DNA of 61,212 bases, taken from Burkholderiales bacterium. Lineage in GTDB: Bacteria; Pseudomonadota; Gammaproteobacteria; Burkholderiales; SHXO01. Positions 46,848 to 58,798 of this stretch are shown here, piece after piece (within the stretch, counting starts at the first letter, position 1; every line of letters begins with the position of its first letter). A program made the translations under genes and the position numbers. The notes below the pieces were generated by a model. The model had not been told where the DNA came from and did not search any database. It saw nothing but the letters and a program-made list of their open reading frames with translations. The stretch lies in NCBI GenBank assembly GCA_046160525.1, contig JBJXGQ010000084.1, positions 1 through 61,212 of the forward strand, read 5' to 3'.

Positions 46848-47029
46848 TCATGCAAGGCTCATTTTGCTAGGCGTAGTTCGTGCGTTTGGAGTGAGTTGAC
46901 GCGCCATCACGGCGTATGCCATGAATATGCAAGCGAATGTTATTGAAGGGCTTAATTCGGAGGCGTCCCGCGCGCCGGAGCCGCCGCATTGGGGGCTGGT
47001 GGACCGACCTGCGGTTTCGGTGGCAGTTG

Positions 47030-47518
47030 ATGGACAAACTTCCCTTGGTCGTTGTGGGCGTCCTCGCTTTGTGCTTTGGCGCGCTCGCCTTTTTCACGCG
47101 GTCCGTTGTGACCGAGGAGTCGCATAAGCGAGATCTCGCCTGCCTCGCACTCAACGTATATCACGAAGCGCGCGGAGAACCGTTGGTTGGCCAGTATGCC
47201 GTCGCCGAGGTCACCATGAACCGGGTGAACTCAGCCCGCTATCCGGATACGGTATGCGAAGTCGTCTATCAAAAGAATTGGGATCCGCTGCGCGGGCGCT
47301 ATGTGGGTGCTTTCTCATGGACCGAATTCGATAGCGTGCCCAGGCCCGAAGGCGAGGCGTGGCAGCAAGCGATGACGATCGCGCAAACCATGTACTACGG
47401 GAAGGTGCCGCCCATGCTCAAGGGTGCGCTGCACTACCATGCGGTCTACATAAAGCCAAGTTGGGCAAAGGGGAAGCGCACCATTGCTCGCATTGGCAAA
47501 CACATCTTCTACCCGTAA
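47030..47518 (+). CDS. SleB/CwlJ-family cell wall hydrolase with an N-terminal membrane anchor
   Basis: About 162 aa from the ATG at 47030 (MDKLPLVVVGVLALCFGALAFF). Conserved ALNVYHEARGEP...AVAEVTMNRV core. Confidence 0.8.
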   Translation: MDKLPLVVVGVLALCFGALAFFTRSVVTEESHKRDLACLALNVYHEARGEPLVGQYAVAEVTMNRVNSARYPDTVCEVVYQKNWDPLRGRYVGAFSWTEFDSVPRPEGEAWQQAMTIAQTMYYGKVPPMLKGALHYHAVYIKPSWAKGKRTIARIGKHIFYP

Positions 47519-47548
47519 AAAATTAGGCGAACCAGAAACGGTTCGCCT
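47517..47548. terminator. Hairpin between convergent genes, probably a terminator for the minus-strand operon
   Basis: 9-bp stem AGGCGAACC/GGTTCGCCT (47525-47533 and 47540-47548) with a 6-nt loop. On the minus strand it is followed by AATTTTTT. Confidence 0.65.
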
Positions 47549-47572
47549 TGGGTGGGGATTTACCGAGCCCGC

Positions 47573-48247
47573 TTATCCGCGCCGCTCGAAGACGCGCTCC
47601 AGATGTTCCATATCGTTGACTACGCGCCATTCGGTCGCGCCGGCGGCGCGCGCCTTTTGCTCCCAACGCTCGATACGGCCGAGATACCGGCGCGGGTCTG
47701 CATTGTCGGAGGAAAGTTTGGTGACGTTGAGCGCTACCAGACCAATGCCATTTAGCTTGATGGGAAAATCGCGCACCGTTTGTTGGTCGAGATCCTCTTG
47801 CATATCGGAGAAGATAACGATGGTCTTGCGTCTGGCGCCAGCCTCGTTCAGAAATTCCGCGGCTTGCAAGACACCGCCAGTGATGTCCGTGTACTTGCTG
47901 CCTTGATTCCCCGCGGTTGCCTTGGAGAATTTCGCGATCTGCTCGAGAAACACTTTCTTTTGCGCATTGGCCTGAAGTGGATCCTTGCTCAGACTGGCCT
48001 TTGCCACGATGTCTTTCTCGGTGAAGCTCCGGCTCTTCACGCGGCCCACGGCAAAGGTGTCGCCTGGCTTCAAGTTGCCCAGGATGTACCGTATGACAAG
48101 CTCAGCCTTGCCTACTTCTTTCGCGTAGGTACCCGACGTATCGACCAGCATGTAGATGGCTTGGCTGTGGCTTGACTGCGGACCGCAGCCCGTGGCGAAC
48201 CACATGGATGCGCCAACTAGAAGAACACAAAGCGCGGTCTTTTTCAT
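47573..48247 (-). CDS. VWA-like lipoprotein of unknown function
   Basis: 224 aa. Lipobox-like signal VGASMWFATGC. MIDAS-like DTSGT, then TDITGG, then IFSDMQED. The start overlaps the upstream gene's stop (ATGA). Confidence 0.65.
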   Translation of the reverse strand: MKKTALCVLLVGASMWFATGCGPQSSHSQAIYMLVDTSGTYAKEVGKAELVIRYILGNLKPGDTFAVGRVKSRSFTEKDIVAKASLSKDPLQANAQKKVFLEQIAKFSKATAGNQGSKYTDITGGVLQAAEFLNEAGARRKTIVIFSDMQEDLDQQTVRDFPIKLNGIGLVALNVTKLSSDNADPRRYLGRIERWEQKARAAGATEWRVVNDMEHLERVFERRG

Positions 48248-49686
48248 GCCGCCCCCTGGCCGCTCGCCTTGTCCAACTCGGGTGCATGATCCCGGGCCTT
48301 TGCTATCCAGCGCTCCACGGCAAGCGGGGCGAAAATGAATACGTCGTAGGTCACCACGAATATCTTGCCCGTTTCCCTCACTAGGCTAGCTCCCACACGA
48401 AGCGAGATCGCCCCACCGCGCACCGCCATGACCAACAGCGCGCCCAGCACGATCCTGCCCGTACTCACGAAGTGCTCCAGCGGTATCGCGACGAAAGCCA
48501 GGGCGAAGGGCAAGGTGAATCCCAGGACCATTTGTCCGAAAGTTGGGATGCGCGTTACCCATCCGGACGCCGTTGCGGCCGTGGTAGCGTCCGCGAGGGA
48601 TTGTTTGAGGGCAACATCGGAGGCGATGATCGTATCGCGCATGATGGCTAACGCCACTTCGAAACCCGCTAGCACCAGCAGAATGCTAAGCGATGCCCAC
48701 ATCATGCGGCGGCGCATTTTCTCCGTGAGATTACCCAAGGGAAACAAATTCGTGAAGCGCATCGCATCCATCAAGAACAGACCCATGAGAGTCTCGAATA
48801 ATATGATCACCATCGATGAGACTTCGGAGGCCGACAGCGTTTCCGTGATGTAGTCGCCCCCGCCCACCATGGCCGACATGGGCAGCGAAATGAGTTTGTA
48901 GTTGACGTAGGCCCCGCCAATGGCGACCAGCATGACAAGGCTTGCGATGAAGAACTGCGCCGAGGCCGATGCCGTCAGCGAATCCTCGGTCTTGGCGCCT
49001 TGCGAATAGATTCCTTCGAGCTTTTGCACGGTCGAATCGATTTTCACGGCGCTTTGGTGAAGGCCGGTGATGCTGCGTTCCACTTGGCTCATGGTCTGGC
49101 CGAGGGAGCGCCAAGACGGCAACGCTCGTTTGAGCAGGCCGTGACGTTCCTGGTAACCCGCGCGATACTCGGCAACCACGCGGTTGTAGATCTTGTCCAG
49201 GGAGTCGCGAATGGTTGCCAGAATGTCTTCGACGACGCCGTCGCCCGTCGCCTTGATGGCCGCGATCGCTTGTATCGCATTGACCCACTCGGGGGGCGGG
49301 GGCGGCACCTCGCCGCTCTTCTTGTAATCCTCTTCGATACGCGTGATCTCGTCCATGATCTTTCTTTGTAGTGCTGGGTAGCCCTCCAAATCCCGTTGCA
49401 CCAGGAGGGTCACGCGCTCGAATTCGCGATCGATGACCAACTTGGCTTCGCGCCCGCCGTGTGCGAATAACACTTCGCGGTTACGTGCCCGCAGACGGTT
49501 AGCGACATCGAACAACCAGCGCGACGCCAGTCTGAGGGGGTTTTCGAAAGCGCGGAATAGACGGCGCACCAATGCATGGACCGGATGGCGCGCCGCATAC
49601 ATGAATGGCATCGCAATGACGAGCAGGACGAATAGGGAAGGTAATAGCCTGTCGGGCCAGATCAACAACGAGTTCAAGAGATTCAT
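48244..49686 (-). CDS. Polytopic membrane protein of unknown function
   Basis: 480 aa. Strong SD AGGAGGGA upstream of the ATG. One N-terminal TM, a roughly 200-aa helical soluble region containing PPPPP, then about 6 TM segments. No family recognised. Confidence 0.6.
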   Translation of the reverse strand: MNLLNSLLIWPDRLLPSLFVLLVIAMPFMYAARHPVHALVRRLFRAFENPLRLASRWLFDVANRLRARNREVLFAHGGREAKLVIDREFERVTLLVQRDLEGYPALQRKIMDEITRIEEDYKKSGEVPPPPPEWVNAIQAIAAIKATGDGVVEDILATIRDSLDKIYNRVVAEYRAGYQERHGLLKRALPSWRSLGQTMSQVERSITGLHQSAVKIDSTVQKLEGIYSQGAKTEDSLTASASAQFFIASLVMLVAIGGAYVNYKLISLPMSAMVGGGDYITETLSASEVSSMVIILFETLMGLFLMDAMRFTNLFPLGNLTEKMRRRMMWASLSILLVLAGFEVALAIMRDTIIASDVALKQSLADATTAATASGWVTRIPTFGQMVLGFTLPFALAFVAIPLEHFVSTGRIVLGALLVMAVRGGAISLRVGASLVRETGKIFVVTYDVFIFAPLAVERWIAKARDHAPELDKASGQGAA

Positions 49687-49930
49687 GTGCGCTCCCTCCT
49701 GGTACAGACTGGCGAATGCCGGTCTTGGGCCGGGGGTTGATAACGCAATGGGCGGGCCAGAGAGTTGCGTGCAGCGCGTGTGCAGGGCAGCTCCGAACTA
49801 CGCCGCTACTGCCTTGTTAAGCCGAAAGAAATTGGCACTGCATGGGAATGTAAACCCGCACATGCAAGAGGCTTTGTCAATGCAAGCCGCAGCGCGTCCC
49901 ACGGAGGGGAAAACACTCCCCGGCGGGCCG

Positions 49931-51340
49931 CTAGCCCGGCTCGCGGTGCGGTTCCTTGTCTTCAATACCGAGATCTTGAATCTTGCGCGTTAGCGTGTTG
50001 CGTCCCACGCCCAAGAGATGCGAAGCCTCGATGCGCCGTCCGCCCGTGTGGGCGAGTGCCTTGAGGATGAGCGTGCGCTCGAACTGGCGGGTCATGTCAT
50101 GCATCAGATTATGCTCACCCCGGTGCAACGCACTCTCCGCCTCTTTCTCCAGGGCGCTTACCCAGTTGTCCGAGTGCGCTCCGCGTAGCCCGGCGCGAAA
50201 TTCCGGCGGCAGATCGGCAGTGTCCACATTGACCCCGGGTGCCATGACCGTGAGCCAATGACAGAGGTTTTCGAGCTGCCGCACATTGCCCGGCAGATCA
50301 TGGGCACTCAGACACTTCATCGCCGCTTCGGACAGCCGTTTAGGTTCCACGCCGATATCCTTCGCGCTCTTGGCGAGAAAGTGGCGAGCCAAGAGCGGAA
50401 TATCCTCGGGCCGTTCACGCAGCGCGGGGATTCGAATTCGAATCACGTTCAAGCGGTGGAATAAATCCTCGCGGAATAACCCTTGGCGCACCCGTTGTTC
50501 GAGATCCTGGTGTGTCGCCGCGATGATCCGCACGCTGGCGCGAATGGATTGGTGGCCGCCCACGCGGTAGAAGTTTCCATCGGAGAGCACGCGCAAGAGG
50601 CGCGTTTGCAGCTCCGCGGGCATGTCGCCGATTTCGTCGAGGAACAACGTGCCCCCCTCGGCTTGCTCGAAGCGCCCGCGGCGCATGTTCTGCGCGCCGG
50701 TGAAGGCACCGCGCTCGTGGCCGAAGAGTTCGGATTCCAGTAAGTCCTTTGGAATCGCGGCGGTGTTGATGGCAATGAAGGGCTTTTCCTTGCGCGGGCT
50801 ATGCTCGTGCAAGGCGCGCGCAACGAGTTCTTTTCCAGTTCCCGAATCGCCGTTGATCAACACGGTGGCGTGCGACTGCGAAAGGCGGCCGATGGCGCGA
50901 AACACTTCTTGCATGCTAGCGGCCTGGCCCAGGATATTGGTTTCGGTATCGCCCACTTCGGGGCCTTGTTCCTGGCGCATGCTCTCGTCGATGGCCCGGC
51001 GAATGAGAGCCACCGCATGATCGACATCGAAAGGTTTCGGCAGGTATTCGAAGGCACCGCCCTGAAAAGCGGCCACCGCGCTATCCAAATCGGAATAGGC
51101 CGTCATGATGATGACGGGAAGCGCGGGATATTGCTCCTTGGCTTTTTGCAGAAGTTCCAGCCCGGAACCGCCGGACATTCGGATGTCGCTCACAATCACT
51201 TGCGGTTGCGATTGGGCGAGCGCGCTGAGCGCTTCGCGCGCCGAAGAGAAAAGCCGGAAATCGATGTCCTCGCGCTGCAAGGTTTTCTCGAACACCCACC
51301 GGATGGAGCGATCGTCATCCACGATCCAAACTGGTTTCAT
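49931..51340 (-). CDS. ntrC: Nitrogen regulation response regulator NtrC (sigma54 activator)
   Basis: 469 aa. REC domain, AAA+ domain with GDSGTGKE and GAFTGA, and a C-terminal Fis-type HTH. Confidence 0.95.
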   Translation of the reverse strand: MKPVWIVDDDRSIRWVFEKTLQREDIDFRLFSSAREALSALAQSQPQVIVSDIRMSGGSGLELLQKAKEQYPALPVIIMTAYSDLDSAVAAFQGGAFEYLPKPFDVDHAVALIRRAIDESMRQEQGPEVGDTETNILGQAASMQEVFRAIGRLSQSHATVLINGDSGTGKELVARALHEHSPRKEKPFIAINTAAIPKDLLESELFGHERGAFTGAQNMRRGRFEQAEGGTLFLDEIGDMPAELQTRLLRVLSDGNFYRVGGHQSIRASVRIIAATHQDLEQRVRQGLFREDLFHRLNVIRIRIPALRERPEDIPLLARHFLAKSAKDIGVEPKRLSEAAMKCLSAHDLPGNVRQLENLCHWLTVMAPGVNVDTADLPPEFRAGLRGAHSDNWVSALEKEAESALHRGEHNLMHDMTRQFERTLILKALAHTGGRRIEASHLLGVGRNTLTRKIQDLGIEDKEPHREPG

Positions 51341-51346
51341 GATTCT

Positions 51347-52486
51347 CTATCCCAATGTAGGTTTCGCCGTCATGGCATTGTCCGGAGCGGGTTCGCTGGC
51401 GTGGAAAGGCAGCAGCAAAGTAAAGCAAGTGCGGCCCGGTTCGCTCTCGACTTCGATGATGCCTTGGTGCTGCTGTATGTAGTTCTGAGCGATGGTGAGA
51501 CCTAGGCCGGTGCCATCCTCCCGCCCGGAAAACAGCGGATGAAAGACCTTGTCCTGGATGTCCTTTGGGATGCCCGGTCCGTTGTCGGTGATTTGGATCA
51601 TGGCGGCAATGCGGTGGAGGCGGCGGGCCATGGTGACTTGCCGCGCGACGCGGGTGCGGATCACGATCTCGCCCTTCCCTTGCAAGGCCTGCGCGGCGTT
51701 ACGCGTCACGTTGAGGATCGCCTGGATAACTTGCTCCTGGTCCGCCATGAGCGGGGGCAAACTCACGTCGTAGTCGCGCCGGATGCGCAGGCCGTTGGGG
51801 TACTCGGCGATCAGCAGGCTGCGCACGCGCTCCAGCGCTTCGTGGATATTCATCAAGGCGGGCTTGGGCCGCCGGTTGGAAAGCAGCCTGTCCATGAGGG
51901 TTTGCAGGCGGTCGGCTTCCTTCATGATGACTTGTGTGTACTCGTGCAGGCCGGGGCGGTCTAATTCGCGCTCGAGGAGTTGGGCTGCGCCGCGAATGCC
52001 TCCCAGTGGATTCTTGATTTCGTGGGCGAGGTTGCGTAGCAGTGCCCGGTTCGCTTCGGACTGGTCCAATATTCGTTCGTCCCGGGCCATGCGCAATTGC
52101 TGGTGAAGCTCGACGAATTCCAATATGAAACCGGTAAAGGCACCGGAGTCCAAGGGCGATGCGGTGCAAGATACCTCGACCTTCGGCTGGCCTGCCGGTG
52201 TAACGGTCAGACCGTGCAAGGTGAAGCTGGCAGACCGTACCCGTGCTTGTTCCACGAGGCCCTCCAGATCCGGGCTTTCGGGGAAGACCTCCGCGAGCGG
52301 GACGTTAAGGACGTGGCGCTGGCTAATCTTGAATAGATTCTCCGCGGCGGGATTGACGTAGGAGATGCGCTGCGCGGTGTTCAACGCCACCACCGCGGTT
52401 GCCAGCACCTCCAGTCCGCCCGTGGCAAATGTAGCCCGAGATGGAACGTGCAATCTTGCATCGGACCGGTCAGTCATCGTTAACAC
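51347..52486 (-). CDS. ntrB: Nitrogen regulation sensor kinase NtrB
   Basis: 379 aa. PAS domain, HisKA LAHEIKNPLGGIRGAAQLL and an HATPase domain. Confidence 0.93.
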   Translation of the reverse strand: MLTMTDRSDARLHVPSRATFATGGLEVLATAVVALNTAQRISYVNPAAENLFKISQRHVLNVPLAEVFPESPDLEGLVEQARVRSASFTLHGLTVTPAGQPKVEVSCTASPLDSGAFTGFILEFVELHQQLRMARDERILDQSEANRALLRNLAHEIKNPLGGIRGAAQLLERELDRPGLHEYTQVIMKEADRLQTLMDRLLSNRRPKPALMNIHEALERVRSLLIAEYPNGLRIRRDYDVSLPPLMADQEQVIQAILNVTRNAAQALQGKGEIVIRTRVARQVTMARRLHRIAAMIQITDNGPGIPKDIQDKVFHPLFSGREDGTGLGLTIAQNYIQQHQGIIEVESEPGRTCFTLLLPFHASEPAPDNAMTAKPTLG

Positions 52487-52529
52487 CTAGGCCACTCCTA
52501 AACTCGTGCTCGATGATGCCGGCGGGCGT

Positions 52530-53009
52530 TCATCGAAGGTTGGTGATTTCCTTGTTAAGAGAATCGACATTGCGTTGATGCTGCTCGACTTTGTCCTGGT
52601 AAGGCTTGAGACGGTCGAGTACGCGCTGGTAATTTCGCTCGTCACCGCCGCGGGTGGCTTCCTGCTCCGCGAGGGCCTGCCGGGCCTCTTCCAGGAGCTG
52701 GCGTTCCTTGGCTAATTCATCCTGCAAGATTCCTTGCCGGTCATTGTCGCGGCGTGCTTGCGTGGAGCCGTCCACCTTGGGTTTAGGCGCGGACTCCACG
52801 GAACGTTCTTCCCGTTTGGGGGACTCCTCCGTGGCGGGCGGCGAAGCCGAGGTCTTGAAGCAAACCACTTTCTTTGCGTTCTTCAGGGGTACCGTCGAAT
52901 AGACGGTTCTTCCGTCCTCGTCGACATACTTGCAAATATCCGCTGCCGGCGCGAACGACCAGCAAACGCTTAAAAACACCGCCACGATGGATTTCTTTCC
53001 GTTGCGCAT
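52530..53009 (-). CDS. DUF4124-like exported coiled-coil protein
   Basis: 159 aa from the ATG at 53009. Signal peptide MRNGKKSIVAVFLSVCWSFAPA, CKYVDEDGRTVYS motif and a charged coiled-coil C-terminus. The longer 469-aa ORF in the track is an upstream stop-free run through glnA. Confidence 0.7.
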   Translation of the reverse strand: MRNGKKSIVAVFLSVCWSFAPAADICKYVDEDGRTVYSTVPLKNAKKVVCFKTSASPPATEESPKREERSVESAPKPKVDGSTQARRDNDRQGILQDELAKERQLLEEARQALAEQEATRGGDERNYQRVLDRLKPYQDKVEQHQRNVDSLNKEITNLR

Positions 53010-53075
53010 GAGCTTTCCTTGGATGGTTCCAGACCTTATTAACGACTCAATGGGCTCACGGATACAGCAATTCAA

Positions 53076-53108
53076 CCGAGAAAGGAGCGAAGCACCGAGC
53101 TTCGCTCC
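53076..53108 (-). terminator. Rho-independent terminator or attenuator after glnA
   Basis: 10-bp stem GGAGCGAAGC/GCTTCGCTCC (53084-53093 and 53099-53108) with a 5-nt loop. On the minus strand it is followed by TTTCTCGGTT. Confidence 0.75.
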
Positions 53109-53116
53109 CTTGCCAG

Positions 53117-54529
53117 TTACAGGCTGTAATACATGTCGAACTCGACGGGGTGGGTGGTCATGCGAAAACGCGTGACTTCCTCCATCTTCAGGGATATGTA
53201 GGCATCGATCATTTCGTTGGTGAATACCCCGCCGCGGGTCAGGAACTCGCGATCGCGATCCAGATAATCCAGGGCCATGTCCAGGGACGAGCATACGTTG
53301 GGGACCTTTTTGGCTTCCTCGGGCGGCAAGTCGTAGAGGTTCTTGTCGATGGGGTCGCCAGGGTGGATCTTGTTTTGGACGCCATCCAGGCCCGCCATCA
53401 TCATCGCCGCAAAGGCTAGGTAAGGATTGGCGGTTGGATCCGGGAAGCGAACTTCGATGCGTCGCGCCTTCGGGCTGGATACGAAGGGAATGCGGATCGA
53501 GGCAGAGCGGTTGCGAGCCGAGTAAGCCAAATTGATGGGGGCCTCGAAGCCCGGCACCAAGCGCTTGTAGGAGTTCGTGCCCGGATTGGTGATGGCGTTG
53601 AGCGCGCGCGCGTGCTTGATGATCCCGCCGATGTAGTGCAGCGCGAATTCGGAGAGCCCCGAGTAGCCGTTGCCCGCGAACAAGTTTTGCCCGCCCTTCC
53701 AGATGGATTGATGTACGTGCATGCCGGAGCCGTTGTCGCCGACGATGGGCTTGGGCATGAAGGTGGCGGTCTTGCCGTAGGAGTGAGCAACCATTTGAAT
53801 GGTGTACTTCATGATCTGCATCCAGTCGGCGCGCTGAACCAGGGGCGCGTACTTGGTGCCGATTTCGCATTGGCCGGGCGCCGCCACTTCGTGATGATGC
53901 ACTTCGACTTCCACGCCTTGCTCTTCCAGCGCCATGCACATGGCGGAGCGGATGTCATGGAGGGAATCCACCGGTGCCACGGGGAAATACCCGCCCTTGA
54001 CCGGAGGGCGGTGGCCTTTATTACCGCCTTCGATCTCTTCGCCTGTCATCCAGGGCGCTTCTTCCGAGATCACTTTCACGAAGCAGCCGGACATATCCAC
54101 GCCCCAGCGCACGGAATCAAACACAAAAAATTCAGGTTCGGGGCCGAAGTAGGCGGTGTCTCCCAATCCAGTAGCTTTCAAATAGGCTTCGGCTTTCTTG
54201 CCGATGGAACGCGGGTCGCGGTCATAGGGTTTGCCGTCGGCGGGTTCCAGTACGTCGCAGGACAGCACCAGGGTCGGCTCATCGGTGAAGGGGTCCATAC
54301 GCACGCTGCTGGGATCGGGCATCAGCAGCATGTCTGAAGCCTGAATTCCCTTCCATCCCGCGATGGAAGAACCGTCGAAGGCATGGCCGTCCTCGAATTT
54401 TTCCATGCCGAAGGCCTTCACGGGCACGGACACGTGTTGTTCCTTGCCGCGGGTGTCGGTAAAGCGGAAGTCAACGAACTTCACTTCGTTGTCTTTGATC
54501 ATGTTCAGTACATCTGCTGCCGTCGTCAT
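53117..54529 (-). CDS. glnA: Glutamine synthetase type I
   Basis: 470 aa from the ATG at 54529 ([23 protein letters not shown]), with a GGGAGA SD upstream. Full-length GSI similarity. Confidence 0.97.
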   Translation of the reverse strand: MTTAADVLNMIKDNEVKFVDFRFTDTRGKEQHVSVPVKAFGMEKFEDGHAFDGSSIAGWKGIQASDMLLMPDPSSVRMDPFTDEPTLVLSCDVLEPADGKPYDRDPRSIGKKAEAYLKATGLGDTAYFGPEPEFFVFDSVRWGVDMSGCFVKVISEEAPWMTGEEIEGGNKGHRPPVKGGYFPVAPVDSLHDIRSAMCMALEEQGVEVEVHHHEVAAPGQCEIGTKYAPLVQRADWMQIMKYTIQMVAHSYGKTATFMPKPIVGDNGSGMHVHQSIWKGGQNLFAGNGYSGLSEFALHYIGGIIKHARALNAITNPGTNSYKRLVPGFEAPINLAYSARNRSASIRIPFVSSPKARRIEVRFPDPTANPYLAFAAMMMAGLDGVQNKIHPGDPIDKNLYDLPPEEAKKVPNVCSSLDMALDYLDRDREFLTRGGVFTNEMIDAYISLKMEEVTRFRMTTHPVEFDMYYSL

Positions 54530-54589
54530 TTCATGAATCTCCCAGTTGTTGTAGTGGCGCGCTAGAAGCGGGAAAACGAGCCATTGTGG

Positions 54590-54605
54590 TGCAGGTATCA
54601 TGCCG
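54590..54605 (-). promoter_or_regulatory. Sigma54-type promoter (glnAp2-like)
   Basis: The minus strand reads CGGCATgatacCTGCA against the consensus TGGCAC-N5-TTGCA. The GG and GC dinucleotides have the correct 12-nt register. It lies about 60-75 nt upstream of the glnA ATG. Confidence 0.6.
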
Positions 54606-54666
54606 ACGAAAGAGTCGGCGTGATAGGTCGTAAATTCATGCAGTTAGGAAGGTTTCTCGCATCCAG

Positions 54667-54687
54667 AGCGCACTTGATTGGTGCGCT
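54667..54687. promoter_or_regulatory. NtrC-type enhancer site
   Basis: Inverted repeat AGCGCAC-N7-GTGCGCT contains GCAC-N7-GTGC, as in the NtrC consensus TGCACCNNNNNGGTGCA. It lies about 60-100 bp upstream of the sigma54 element. A TGGTGCG half-site is near 54709-54716. Confidence 0.55.
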
Positions 54688-54794
54688 CCAATGGGAAGTG
54701 GGTCCATTATGGTGCGTCAGGCCTGTCCGTGCAATCTCGGTTTCGTTTACAGCGAGGGGGGATTAGTATCACGGGAAGAATGAGGAGATGACTA

Positions 54795-55247
54795 ATGGCA
54801 ACGATCGAGGGAATTCTTAAGCGGGCCCATCAAAGAGCACAAGAGCGCAATCTTCCCTATGAAGGCGCGCTGTCTCCCCTGGAGGCGTTCGAGTTCTTAC
54901 AAGGACGCGAGGACGCCGTGCTTGTGGATGTTCGTACCCGGGCTGAGTGCGATTACGTGGGCCGCATTCCGGGCAGTGTGGAGATCGAGTGGCAAATCTA
55001 TCCAGGGGGCGTCCCAAATCCCCGGTTTTTGGAGCAGCTTCAACAAGCGGTGCCCAAGACCTCAGCCGCTTTGTTCATTTGCCGCAGCGGTGCTCGCTCC
55101 CATGCCGCCGCCGCCGCCGCCAAGGGCGCGGGCTATGCGCAGTGCTTCAATGTTCTGGAGGGCTTCGAGGGCGACAAGGACCACCAGGGCCACCGGAATT
55201 CAGTCGGCGGCTGGCGCTATGCGGGGCTGCCATGGATACAGTCCTGA
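54795..55247 (+). CDS. Rhodanese-domain sulfurtransferase
   Basis: 150 aa. Active-site loop CRSGARS. Confidence 0.8.
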   Translation: MATIEGILKRAHQRAQERNLPYEGALSPLEAFEFLQGREDAVLVDVRTRAECDYVGRIPGSVEIEWQIYPGGVPNPRFLEQLQQAVPKTSAALFICRSGARSHAAAAAAKGAGYAQCFNVLEGFEGDKDHQGHRNSVGGWRYAGLPWIQS

Positions 55248-55280
55248 GCGCGCAGAGTAGGCGCTAACTGTTCTTGCGAC

Positions 55281-56105
55281 TTAGTGCGGGCCCCAGTCTA
55301 CCCATCCGGTGTAGGCAGTTACCAACACGGCAACCCCGAAGACGATCCGGTACCAGGCAAAGGGTTTGAAGTCATGGTTGGCGACGTAGCGGATGAGCCA
55401 GCGTATACATAGATAGGCGGACACAAAGGCGGAAATAAGGCCCACGGCAAACACGGGAAGGTCGCTCATGGAGAGGATATCGCGGTGCTTGTAAAGGTCG
55501 TAAGCGCCCGCCGCGATCAAGGTTGGCACCGCCAGGAAGAACGAAAACTCCGTGGCGGCTTGGCGCGATAGCCCGAACAACATGCCACCGATGATGGTGG
55601 CTCCTGATCGCGACGTTCCGGGGATGAGGGCAAAACATTGCGCGAACCCCACTTTTAGGGCGTCCACCCACGTCATGTGGTCCACGGATACGATCCGCGC
55701 GCAGCGTTGCCTGCCCTCGACCCACAGAATGATGAACGCGCCCGCGATGAATGCGATGGCCACCGGAACCGGGGCAAACAAATGGCTCTTAATAAGCTTG
55801 CCCAACGCAAGCCCCATAACGGCCGCTGGAATGAAGGCCACGAGCACATTGAAGGCAAATCGCTGGGCCGCCAGTTGCGAGGTAAGACCACTAAGCACCG
55901 TCGCAAAGCGCGCCCGGTATTCCCAAACCACAGCCAGCATGGCGCCGGTCTGGATCGCTAGCTCAAAGACTTTCCCCTTCGCGTCGTTGAAATCCAGCAG
56001 CGCCCCGGCCAAGATCAAATGGCCGGTACTGGAGACGGGCAGGAATTCCGTCAGTCCTTCGACAATACCGAGGACGAGCGCTTTGAGTAGGATTAGAAAA
56101 TCCAC
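55281..56105 (-). CDS. uppP: Undecaprenyl-diphosphate phosphatase
   Basis: 274 aa, polytopic. [13 protein letters not shown] and [10 protein letters not shown] motifs. Confidence 0.95.
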   Translation of the reverse strand: MDFLILLKALVLGIVEGLTEFLPVSSTGHLILAGALLDFNDAKGKVFELAIQTGAMLAVVWEYRARFATVLSGLTSQLAAQRFAFNVLVAFIPAAVMGLALGKLIKSHLFAPVPVAIAFIAGAFIILWVEGRQRCARIVSVDHMTWVDALKVGFAQCFALIPGTSRSGATIIGGMLFGLSRQAATEFSFFLAVPTLIAAGAYDLYKHRDILSMSDLPVFAVGLISAFVSAYLCIRWLIRYVANHDFKPFAWYRIVFGVAVLVTAYTGWVDWGPH

Positions 56106-56152
56106 GCAGGATGGGTCTGGGCTTGGGCTGAGAACTTCGTACTACGGCAAAG

Positions 56153-58767
<2,615 letters not shown>

Positions 58768-58798
58768 GAGTTCCCAAGAAGCCCCAACTGGAGATCCA

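Noticed and set aside
49833-49848. TGGCAC hexamer (a sigma54 -24-like element) in the ntrC-to-membrane-protein spacer.
   Set aside because: It is on the plus strand and points at no gene. The -12 position reads GGGA instead of TTGC. No GG-N10-GC element with the right register was found on the minus strand in 49687-49930.
53010-53939. A 469-aa same-strand ORF (52530-53939) overlapping the 3' half of glnA in another frame.
   Set aside because: Only the last 159 codons (from the ATG at 53009) look like a real protein, with a signal peptide and a DUF4124-like domain. The upstream part is Arg/Pro/Gly/Ser/His-rich nonsense that crosses the glnA terminator hairpin.
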